The notes beneath the pieces are model-generated. The model was not told the origin of the DNA. It was given only the letters and a program-made list of their open reading frames with translations, and did no database searches. A stretch of 64,000 nucleotides of DNA, from positions 44,144,001 through 44,208,000 of the forward strand of contig OZ365109.1 of NCBI GenBank assembly GCA_977030845.1, written 5' to 3'. The DNA is from Fimbriosthenelais zetlandica. Lineage: Eukaryota. The position numbers and the translations under genes were made by a program. Below are positions 1-12,900 of this stretch, piece after piece; position 1 is the stretch's first letter, and the number at the start of each line of letters is the position of its first letter.

Positions 1-3000
1 ATTAACCATCATGCAGTTTTCTTCGTGTAATATTTCATTATGAACAAGCCATGGTCAATTGGCAGAATACGACCTCCGGGTGCAATTTAAGTCGGAGACG
101 CAATTGAATTATTTCACGACAAGATATATCTTATTCGATAACATGTGCTATATAATGTATTATTTGTATGGTATATATTCCTCTCCGTCTCTGACTCGGG
201 AAGAGGCATATTTTTCTTATAGTTGCAGCTCGGGGTGAGAATGTAAGTTAAAGGGGTGGATACTAAAATGTCCATAAAGCATGGTGGAAGTACTGTACGG
301 TCGTCACCAGCTTCCTGCCTACTTGCCTGTATGTTGAAAGATCACCTGATAGAAGACTCTTAGCGCGTGTTTGCCAGGAATATGTCTGTCAGAACCTCGT
401 TATTTCGAATCCCGAATCTGCATTATGCTTGTTATATCAGTTATATAGATTTATCTGTGATTATCACTACTACAGTCCGTTCACTCTAGGTTGATCCGAA
501 ACTACAGTACAAATGTATGGTGGTTATGGTGGTTAGAGTGAACAGACTGAATAATTATACAAAGCGCAGACTCATTTAATTGACTATTTCATAATGGTAA
601 AACAGCCCAATTATCGCCCAGGCAAATTAAGACGTACACGTATTTCTGTAAAGAACTACATATAGTATACATTTCTGCTGCGTTTTCATTGCAAAAAGCC
701 GTGTTGAACTTTAAAAAATCATAAGTTCAAAAACAAGTAGATCCTTCAATTATAATCAGGTCAAACATGACGCCTCTTATACGGACCGGAAGTAAGAGTT
801 TCCGACCTATAGATTTGATTAATGCGTCATGACCTCTATGCAATATTCATGCCTTTAGTTACGTATGACAGTGCCCAGATCCACGGTATACAATCTAAAA
901 AATTTAAAACGTGGGCATGCATGCGATATGATGTTTCTTGCAGGCTTAATATTTAATTAGTTACCATTTCTCTGAATAAAGTAATATGGGGAGAAAATAA
1001 CCTCAAGGATTGATTCATCGTATCATATGTTACTAAATATTTAGGCTATATTTCTGAATGTTGCTTCTTTCCCACAATCATTTTGAAGTCATAAGTGGAC
1101 CTATGAGGGATATTGCACATTAAATATGGATGTTTGCTTCTAATATAGAAATGTCACATCTGGCCACCATTGGTGAGGTTTCATAGACCATAATAACCCT
1201 GTATACCAACTGTAGGATTTGGCGTAGTAGAAAAGATGTCAACCTTTACCCTACAGCAATATCCATCCCTATACTATCAATAACCACTCTACCAAGACTA
1301 AATTGGAGCAGCGATTTCCTGTTCTTAGTGAGGCTACATTTAGTAAAAATACCTTTTATTGTTCTATCTATTTTTAAATACTTAACATTTAAATAGATAG
1401 CTAAATCGACTGTTCAAGCAATCGCTGTACATGTATACGCCAGTGGCTTTAAGGGGATAAGTATTACCAATACACCACTCGAAATTTGATGTATGGACTC
1501 TGATGAAATGAGATGAACAGCAACCTTCCTTGATCGAGGACTTGCTCATCCATAAATAGCTTCACCCTTGGCAATGCTTTGAAAAGATATATGTGTGCTA
1601 TTCACTGGCTTAGGAATAATATTGCACTGGCATGAATAATCCAGAAGGGGGGTTGTATTGATTGGTCCTAAAAGACATGGGATATATATATGTGGCGTCA
1701 TGATCAAAAGGCATTATCCTATACACGCGACCCTACAACTTATTCCAATGCAGGTTGTGGACTCGATGATCTGAAAATGTTCTTCTCTGAACCTCAAGGT
1801 TGCAGTAACCAAATAAAATTATTTTATTTGGTTTCAAACAATAGAGTAGAACCAATTAATGAAATAGTTCTTCACTCGTTTTTTCGACCAACATTTTCTG
1901 TAAACCGGCATTCCATTCCATCTACTTTAATATCGTATTAGTACTGAAAGAATTGAGTGCTTATCATAATATGAAGGCGGAAAACACAATGGTGTGATTT
2001 CATTTTCATTCAATTATATCGTATTATGAACTATAATTGAGCGAGATGACCGGGAGAGAATACTAAAACGTATTTATATATGAAGGACACCACCCTTCCC
2101 CCTTCCATCCTAGCTGGAACCTGTCACTCTCCAGAATAAATAGAACATCACAGGCAACTTGCAAAATGGTGATCTCCCAGGCGTCGCAAGGGGCCGGCGA
2201 AATGATCACTTTCTGATGGGTTGGTTGCCATAGTAATCCCAGCACAAGATAAGAGTCAACGGCTTCGCTGCTTTCTCTTGATGGTCTTCTGCACAAGGGT
2301 AACAGACACAATTATGGCCCACACGAGTTTAACCAGAAGACTTTCCCCTTTAAAGATGAACAACAACTCCAAAGGGATCCCGATGATTTAGCACCCTCTG
2401 TGTGAAAAGGCTATATAGCCAACATGTATGGTTATTTCCAGTGTTTTATCAATATTTTCTCCCTTGAGAAGTTAATTCCAAAGCTAGGTCAATCGGAATT
2501 AAAGATCAAAGTTTGTAATGCATATATATACTTATTATAGCCATATTTTAGTTTTAAATTACTAATGTGGCATCAGCAAATGACATTACATCATTTCCAA
2601 ATTAATCATGTTTCGATAATCTTGTCATATTTACAATACTGCTGGTAGATCTTATAATTATGGACACTTTTATTCAGAAGGGCACTCGTTTAGACTATTA
2701 AAGATATGCGCCTTTTTTCTACTGCGACCTGGCTTCGAACCCGCTTTGGCTAACCTTTGGTTGGCTTTCCGGTCCTACACTCTAGCATTCGCTACTGGTC
2801 GCCCCCTACAAAAGTATAGTATCATTAAATTTTGAAAACAATCATGTGCCCTCGCACCCTCACCATCATTCTGAAATCCTCCTCCACTGTTCTTCCCAGA
2901 TGCCCGAGCTACTCCAGAGACGGCATCACTGAGCAGCTCAACTGTATAGCTATCCCATCTGCTGGGATAACTTGCAACTACAGTATCGAAGGTTTCAGGT

Positions 3001-3961
3001 CGCAATATTCCAGATTACAGATATAATGAGGCCTTTTTCTACAGAACAATTTCTGATATTATGGCATTATATGAGCGACTTGCGTGCCTGGGAGTGGGAT
3101 CTGAGGCAACTTGCGGCGTTGGTATATAGCCTAATTCACACCCATACGTATTCCCCATCTGTTAATATACATAGGCCTAATACATGTAGACCATGTACTT
3201 ACTTGATACGAATTTATATAAAAAAACAAAAAACTTTTCACGCCTAAAGGAAATACGTAAACTGCAAACATGATTGATGATTGATTTCAACCATGGGTAA
3301 CAGATTTAGGCTAATAAATTGCGACCCTCGTTAGAATTGACGTAGCACTATATAGCACTGATATGACAACAATGGATACAACCGTAAAATGTAATATTTA
3401 TTATGAAATGCATACACCAATCAGACAAAACATTTATGTATGTACGTCAACCAGTGCCAAGAGAGCATTAGATGTCTTGAATAATTTAATTTAATGACAG
3501 GCTGTCCTTGGTGTCATTCACTTTATCAAGCCATGCGTATAAAGATCGATGCTCTTCGAGTTAAAACTTTTGATGGCTATCTCTAGTCTGTTGTTCTTAT
3601 GTCATTTTTCTTTTGCATGCTGGGCAGTGTGTTTCCCTTTGCAACAATGCAGGATTATTGACACCCTTTCAATGTGCGAATTTGGATGTTTGAGGATGAC
3701 AGAGACAAAAACATCGATCCTGATAAGATCAAACATGCAATGTCACTAAATACTTCTACGGCTGTTGGGAGACGTAAAACCTGTTGTAGAAAACACATAT
3801 TGAATTAAACCTTCAGCTGGGAGAGGAGTCAATCAATCACAAAGGCTTCCGTGAACTATAGTGTCTGGAGGAGTAGCATAATTATTGTCGGATCTAGGCC
3901 TAAATAAGTCAGTGTGGTTCTCGATACAAGGAGCTTCAGAGTTTCATTCCCTGGCTCAGCC

Positions 3962-6900
3962 ATGGCAGATCCCACCAAAGGTAAAGGGGGCCTTTTTACC
4001 ACTTTTATATGAATACACATGTATAAGTACATGTATAGTAAATATTTGATTTTGGAAATTTGGGAACATTAAAATCCGTCTAACCAAAGTTAGTCAAAGT
4101 TTGTCGACAATAAACACGCATATACACTGTATAAAAGTATAGACCGTTTTCCATAGACTTATCTATGGAAAACAGCTAACTTTTGGTAGTTGTGTGTACA
4201 TGTTATATAAAATGTTTCTTGGAAATATTCAGAAGACCGAAAATGGGGCCGACTTTTGTACGACTTTACTCAGGATACGACTTTACATGGGATTCGTTAC
4301 ATTACACAGGAGAAGGCATCCTGGCTCCGAAGGTACAGATCTAATGATACATATTTTACAACAGGTTCATAGTCCAAAATACATTAGAATATGTGAGTCA
4401 CACATATATACTTTTTTTTTGCTAATCATACCTGAAAGCATTGGCTGAATATAATTATTGACTTTCGTCTTTTTCCACAATTAGGCCTAGAGATACATAA
4501 TTATTATTTCAAAAGTGCACATGTGGATGGCCTTACTATGGATACTAGTATTACTAGTAAAATTAATCATTTATCAAATTGTGTTTCATTTCCCTCCAGG
4601 GCAATATGGATAATACTAATTTTGTGCACATTCACTGGATTCTTGGCAATGATAATTGTCAGCCTTATCAAGTATTATGCTTATCGCACAACCACAAGTG
4701 TTGCCATCACGTATGAAGATCAACTTCCCTTCCCTGCCGTTACTGTCTGCAACAACAATATGTTCAGGCAAGTAATGCTAATATTAGAATATAATAGGAT
4801 AATCGGATCCTTCTGCGTAATGACAAGTTTACCATAATCTTTTACTGTACTTCTTGGTCGTTTACTGTTACTGTATACCTCTGTGGTTTTCTCAGAATAC
4901 CTAATATGCTACGACTTACATTGAATTGATTATTCAGGTTGACGAAAGCATTTGAACATGGCCTCTACGATACTTTACACGCACATTTCGAAGAGACTGA
5001 TTCTGATGGTAATTTATAGGCTTCGGATAAATATCGATTTTCTGTTCGTATACAAGGTTATAAACTACTATATTCTGCCTTTTTTGCTCTCTTACTTTCT
5101 TATTAAAATACAATTTTCCCCTCCCCTTGACAGAAATGACAGGTTGCTCACGCAAGTATCATTTTCAAGCGGAATTCTGTCTTGACGGGACCAAGGCGGA
5201 GAGGAATATAATTGAGAAATGCAAGGACAATGTTGAAAAACATTTGACTTACGTCAATGTTACTCTGAACGGGTGTCAAATACTATGTTCTGATGTTCAT
5301 GGGGATACATGTAGTAGCATTATATATGTCTGGAAGACAAAATCATGTGTGCTACTAGCTGGAAGTTGCACTTTCAAGGATAACACAAACAATAATGAGA
5401 AAAACAATGGAAGTAAGCAAGGTCCTCGCGCCAGAAGTCAGTATGACAGCGCTGGTTATCCACTTCATCCATGTGGGAAAAAGATGCCTGATATGGAAAT
5501 CTATAAGAAAATAATTTGCCATAGAGGTAATATTTTACCATTGCATTTATATGTCAATATGTCACTGATTTTATGCACAATTGTCTCACCGCTATGATAG
5601 AAAAAAACTGTAAAGGACATCTCGAGAGAATCGTTATAATTAAATGGTGAATCAATCCTTTTGATATGTACAGGACTTACTTCAGTGAAATGTGACTGGG
5701 AAGGACCCCATTGCACTGTTAGAACGAACTACATCAATGTCAGGTGATTGCACTTGGCGCGACCACAGCTTTTTATGAGCCATTTACCGATGTCCGTTTT
5801 ACCTATGCCAATTAACATAAATGGCCGCCAATTATTTTTGAGGCAAGGCTTTGGTAATGCCAAGTACCTATGTCATGTGTTTTTAATTGGCGACACCAAT
5901 TAAATCTTAAATGGCGGTAACAATTATAGGATTAGGAAGAGCCTCTTTTCACTTGGCTATACCAATTAAATTATAAATGGCGGTACCAATTATAGGATTA
6001 GGTGGGCCTGGGCCATTTAGGTTTGAAATATTTATATTATTAATTTTTTGGTTAAATATGGTTGCAAATAATTTACCACTAATTATAAAATTAAATAAAC
6101 GCACATATGAAATATTATGTACAAATTTTATTCGATAATCCCTCGAATATATATACAAAATCTAATGCATTATCACAATGCAAAGTCATCATAATAATCC
6201 AAATAATTCATCAAAAAATAACAATGGAATCTATGTATGGAATAATTAAAGCGTTATCACATAATGCAAACGAGCCTAATCAAAATAGACATGGATGACA
6301 AATGGACACAATTGTACCAAAATGTTGATACTTTCATCGACACACAATAATAAATATCTCACAAATCTAAATGTATAAAAAAATGTAAGCATTATCACAG
6401 AATGGTTTAATAAAAATCATTAGCATGAATACTAAATGTACACAGGTGCACCCAAGATTCTGAAACATTCGTCACAAGAAAATATTAAATACCTCACAGG
6501 TATTATTTTATCTAAATATAAAATAAGTAAAGTAACACCATAAAATGGTAAATAAACATAATTAACATGGAAGGTGAATACCTCAAAATATACTATAATT
6601 GATTGCCTGATCGAGAGAGCGAAGTAATCGTACATTCAAACATGGGTGAATAGCACATACAGATGTCTCAATTTTACAAAGATTTGAAGCACTTAATACA
6701 AAAAAACAAAAGTTCCATCGTCACACTAAAATATTATTAACTGAAATATAAATATACAGTAATTTAACTTTTAGATGTGATTAGATGGCTTAAATTCAGA
6801 CATAGAGGGATATAATCGGTTCTCATTTTTAAGCCTGTGTCAGAAGGTCTCATGATGAGAAATTATTCCATTACCCTGCATCATTTTCCTTGAAATGAAT

Positions 6901-9900
6901 TAACCGCGTAAAATCAGCACTTTTTAGACAGTGCCGTTGTGTTGAATGTCATTTGTTCACATAATTTATATACAATTACATTCCAATATTCCATTGAAAT
7001 TGTGCATATCGTGTGTCTCTTTTTAAACAGATCCGTGTCTCGTGTCCTCATGTCACAATAATGTCTCCAACGATTTTAAGGTTGTGTTGTGGTGCAAATC
7101 GCGTCGAATTTTACCCATTTACATATCCATACATACGGTTAAGTATTCTCATAGCATGTGTTACATGGCGACTTCAGATGTATTCCAGTTTGGTCAGCCT
7201 CATTTCAGATGATTTATGTTGGGTGAATTGTTTCCTTTACATGAGGACTCTGTAAAGAGAATAAACGAGGTGTTATAACACAATATATTAATCTTAACAA
7301 AAAGGTTCAGAACTTTGGGAATAATAACTGATATTGTTGGTCAATGAATCATTAGTAAATATAATACTAACCTGTAACCGCTGTAATGTGTGTCAGTGCC
7401 TTCTTCATGAGTGATGCCCATTGAATTGATATCAAACTTTGGATACCATCGAAACATACACGTGTACCGTTAATCTGAATTAAAAATAATAGAAATAAGA
7501 ACAAAAGTATAAGTAAATTGTCTGAAAAGTCGCCTTACGAATTGCCGTCATATATATTCATAATATTTTTACAAAAATGGACTATGGATGTCTTATACCG
7601 GACAATAAAATTATATCTCAATATATTTTAACAGTAAGCATTTTCCCTCACACTTCACACTCACAAGGAAAGCTTCACCTCCAAAATGCATGGCAGGGAA
7701 GGGGGTAACAGGTGGTAGCGTGACCTAATTATTCACCAATACTTATTAACACCTTTTTACATACTTCAAAAGTACCTTTTATATGACCTCAAAATAATGT
7801 GAACATTATTAAATGTAAGAAATTCCACAGAATTACAAAGAGAAACTTACTCAAACTCCTGTGCCTCCATCACACACATGGCCTATGTCATAGGTTCCCT
7901 GGGTCCCTCCTGTTCATTGCCTATTAATAAAACAATACCGGATATTATACTCTGATAGTTTTAAAACATAATCACATGATAAAGATGCATGTATGACTGG
8001 GGATAAATCCATGTTGCCATCTTTTTCCACACAAAGAATTGTCAAGTTGTACTGCTTGGGTCCCCCCCCCCCCTACATGGATAGATATCCCCTTAACATT
8101 CCCCTCATAGAGGCCGGTATTCCTGGGACTGACCCCGACATGCTTCCCCCCTCCCCTTCCCCTATCACTCAAACAACGATCTCCAATGTTTTCCTGTCCC
8201 TCTCTAGCTGGTAATTCAATTCAAGGTCATGCATTATCTAAAACCATGCATAGGGATTCACATGTAATTCATGAGCATGTATATAGATATTCCGTAATGC
8301 TATAATGCTATACTTACATTAATATTGCCGCAAAAGTGTCCGTTGATAATGGCGACTCTGCTTCTGGGGTACCTCCGGCTAGACAGGTCTCAATCCCGCA
8401 TTAAATAATTAAAATCTATTCTACCATAACGTTTTTGTTTGATTGAAGCAGATAAATTAATCCAAAGACCATTCCACTTTATGTGTAAATATCTCGCTGA
8501 AATTCCCATGTAAATGTATGAACAAAGCTTTAATAGTAGGCTAAATTATCTTGACCATTCAGGGAATAATGATATTAACTGCGGGATTGCAATATTAGTC
8601 CTTCAGCAGCTTGTCCGGGGGGGGGGGGGGGCACTCGGACTCGGAATCAAATATAGTACTAGGTAGTAGGGCTTGTTTTCTATCTGTTTTTAATCATTCA
8701 TGTACCCCTTTTTACATTTACAAAGAGGAACAGAACCATTTTTTTCAAAATGTAGTGGCCTTTGGTGTTCCTTGAGACTCCGGGCTGGTACTTAAAACAA
8801 AAGACTGCCGATGAGTAACCCCCCACCCCCCACACACACCCACCATCTTCCAAACATGGAGCCTTGTTTGCCCCACGCCTATAATCTCACCTCGCGTCCC
8901 CTCTTTGTATAGTCCTATTCTGTCATTATGTTTTAACTGCGGGCTTGAAAATATACCTGGAGCAGCATGTAACTGCATGTCCGGGGGCACTCGGAATCAA
9001 AGATGGTACTAGCTAGGGCTTGTTTCCTTTCTGTTTTTAATCATACATGTACCCCTTTTCACATTTGCAAAGAGGAAAATTTGTTTGTTTTCCAAATTTT
9101 GTGAACTTTTATGTTGACATTAAAATAACCCTTTTCCTTGTGAGTCTATGGCGCTTGTAGCAAAACAAAAGACTGCCAATTAGTAATGCCGGGGGGCCAA
9201 AACCTTAATGGCTGAATTTGTGCGACAGAAGCCAGCCACGTACGATCGAGATTATCACACCCATAGATGTGAGACTGGTTTCACTTCAGCTGAATACATG
9301 CTTTTGTCACCTTTGTGTCAGGTGGCATGTATATGAGCCGAATACACACGTCTGGTGGAACAAAAATAATACCTATTTCTGTTTTAATTGGTAAATTTCC
9401 TGTACTACGTTACTTTTATTTTTTGTACTGTTATTATCATCATCGCCATCTTATAATGTTTATATTGCTGTACATATCATAATGTCGGTTTCCCATGTAT
9501 CATTAGTGTAACTATAACTTTCGAATTAATTCAAGGAATAAATGATTCTATACATGACATGTATTTCACAGGTTATACCAAATTTCATGGACAGTAAAAT
9601 AATTACTACCCAAAATTATTTCCATATTGGCTGTGATAACCTAATAACTTGTATTAAAGCTTAACCCCAAATTCGCACATTAGGGGCGACCCATATTTCG
9701 CCCCACACCTAGCTATATCCCCGATTCTATAGTCATGTTCTGTTAATATATATTTCACACATCATTCACGCACCCCAAAGTGTGAATCAATGTAATTGAC
9801 TATGCTTTTCACATCTAGAACTTGGCTTGTGGGACTCAACCCACACTAGCTGTAATCTCCTATGCGGGGTGAGGCGGGCGGGTGGGTGGCGGGAGGGGGG

Positions 9901-12900
9901 GGGGGGCTTATGCTAATGAGGTAGGGTAGCATTCATAGCCTTATGTTTGTTTGAATTAATTGAAGGCCAAGTATTCAAGGAAATACCATTGAAATGCCAT
10001 TGAATGTCAATTGACATAAGTGTAATTTTAAATGGCCGAAATTGGGCTAAGCGATGCGCCCCGAGAACAATAGAATTTCACTTGGCTAAATTAGGTATGT
10101 GAATTCTACGTGACATTGCGTGTTTTTTAATGGCGGTCACTTAGTTTTAATAGGATTTCTAACAGTGTGCGAATTTGACATTTTGGCAACAGTGAACGAA
10201 AAGGAGTCATTTCAAGTTGTTGAAGCAAGTTTAAATCCCAAATATGATCATACCCTTGAAACAAGTAAGATTCTTTGATGACTCAGTCTTCATTGAAGTA
10301 ATCTGTTGGCTCAACTGCACTTCATGGAGATGACTTTAAGAGCCTGTGATCCAAGATGGAGCTCAAATCTCGCGAGACCCCTGTTACTTATATAATCAGG
10401 TTTATGTCTTTAGGGATTATGTTAGGGTTAGGTTTATATGTTAGGGGGAAGGTTAGGGTGAGGTTTGGTTAAATACTAGTACCTATAAAATGACAAATTA
10501 TAACGTTACTCGTTAACGTTAACGTTATTCCCTTGAAATTATTCCGTTGCTAAGCGCCATGTGTCGCGAGACTTCTGGCCGCCATCTTAGATTAGGGCAG
10601 TATACTATAGGCCCTTCAAGTGCAGTTGTACCAATCTGTTTACTATATATTTAGGTTCGAGGCATAATAATTATATATGCAGGTTGAACTCCCCTTCCCG
10701 AACAATGACTGCAGTTATTCAATGCTGCAAGTGGGTAGGGGGTTAGGCCTATTTCTTTGTTAATTCCCATCAAAGCTTATCTATATATAGTCTTTCTCAG
10801 CTCAACCTGACTCCCCTTAATTGCAGACACCAGAACTATGCTTATATGGAGTCTGGCTATTAAGTTGAGCTGAGAAAGACTATACTATAATACTAGTTGC
10901 TTATCATCTAGTTACGCATACCAGGCCTATTTTAAACAACTAGCAGAGACGCCTTTTTACTCCTTTTCAGGATATGGACACTACCTCAGACTGCCCACCA
11001 CAAGGAACGCTCCAATAGATTCTCAAGCACGTCTGACACTACGATATTCCAAATTCGAAGGTCACTGCCTGGAATTTTATTTCCAGCCGACAGGTGATGT
11101 CCCCGATAGAATTTACATTCATCAGATCGATGACAGCTTTGGAGTTCACCTTGTGGCTGCATACGAATTAGGTTTTAAAAGGGACCAGTGGAATCGTGCA
11201 TTCATACAGTTGTTTGATGGCATCTACATGCTCGAGTTAAAGGTTGAAAGATCTAATGTGAAAAAATCCGAAACATCAGGGATAGCAATTGATGACATCG
11301 TTGTAGACAGATGCTTGCACTTCAGTAAGCAGAAAGCAAATTGATTAGTACACTACTGGCTTACAAACTTGAAATAAGGCATTAGTTGTTATATCTTAAA
11401 TTCAATATACATATACCTATCAAAACTATGAGCTCTCCAATTGTTTATAGCTGAACGTGAATGTAAACGCACAAGGACAGGCATAGATTACATGGGTTTA
11501 AAGATGACAACTGTCAGTGGTAAAACCTGCAAGACTCCATGTCACAATAGGAACAATGACCAGGGTGGTCCTCATTGTCAAGTGGCAACAGCAGATGCGA
11601 CATATTCAATTACAGAATATTGTCACATCCCTTTTTGTGGTGAGTAGAAATATTGATGAAATGGTGCCATATAGGACAAAAGAATTTGTAGAGAATAGGC
11701 TATAAGAAATTTTAAGTTTAGGCAATTGCATGGTATATAGGGAAAACCCCTCCTAAGAATCTCAGTTGACTTTTGTAATCTTTAGAAGTTAGTAACTGCT
11801 AACCAAGATAGTAACTTGATTACATTTCCACATCCAGAATGTCAGAAGGATCAGTTTAAATGCAGTGACGATTTTTGCATACCGGGCAATCTCACATGTG
11901 ATGGCAAACCTGACTGTGAGGATGGTTCTGACGAAACGTTACCCTGTGGTAATACTTTATTACTATCTCTCAAGTATTCAATGCATGGCTCTTAGCTTTA
12001 TTTGTTTACCCTCGAATATACTCAAACCGGTATTAAGGTGCTCACACACTAATCAGTTTCTGTCTCCATCCGATAGCTGTCCGATTCAATATTAATTTTC
12101 TTTTCACATCAAATGCTTGTAATTTGAACATTCCGTTACACCTAGGTAAGGGTAACCACTGACACAATCTCAATCATATATTCTTTAGCGGATAAAATGA
12201 GTGTTGACTGTGAGTTTTCGGATGAATATCTCTGTGGTTATCAATTTCCCGCGAGGTCTGCACCGTGGAGTAGAAAAAGACCAGTTGATTATGTGGACAA
12301 AGAACAAAGGATTTCTAATGATCATCTTGGTTCATCATTGGGTGAGTTTATGTCAATTTAGTCATTTTTATATTATGGAAAAATAGGAATTTTGATATGG
12401 ATTTCTCAACAATCCTACGACTTGAATATTTGAGCTCCTTGAGCAAATACATATAATGATTATTACTCATGATGTTTATTTCCTAGGATATTTCATGGAC
12501 CCGTATACAGGACTACTTCAAGAAGGCGAAAAATCTTTGCTGGTTTCTCCCTTCACGACAATTGACAATAATTCGACCTATCTCACATTCTTTGTATATT
12601 TCCGTAACACTACATGGGGTTTAGAATTATTCGCAGTTCCGGAGAGTTTGTCTGGCTTCTTTTTCGAGGAGATTCCATATAAAAAGACTAAAAAACGAAA
12701 TGGATGGGTGGAAGAAATGGTACTGCTACCGGAAGGATCATATAGAATCGTCTTTCAAGCATCTGCTGGACCTACATTCAGATCGGAAATTGCTTTGGAT
12801 GGGATAAAGCTAGTTCGTGTTCAACGGACAAAAGGTGGTGAACGTGTGGAAGTACCAACAATCTCATTTGAAGATGAAGGTATATTATTATTAACAACAT

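Noticed and set aside
1-3300. Short ORFs (1690-1941, 2063-2311, 2775-3247) as genes
   Set aside because: No recognisable motifs or consistent exon chain; possibly repeat fragments.
10420-10470. TTAGGG-like repeats as a telomere remnant
   Set aside because: Only a few degenerate units, enclosed in a short TIR element.
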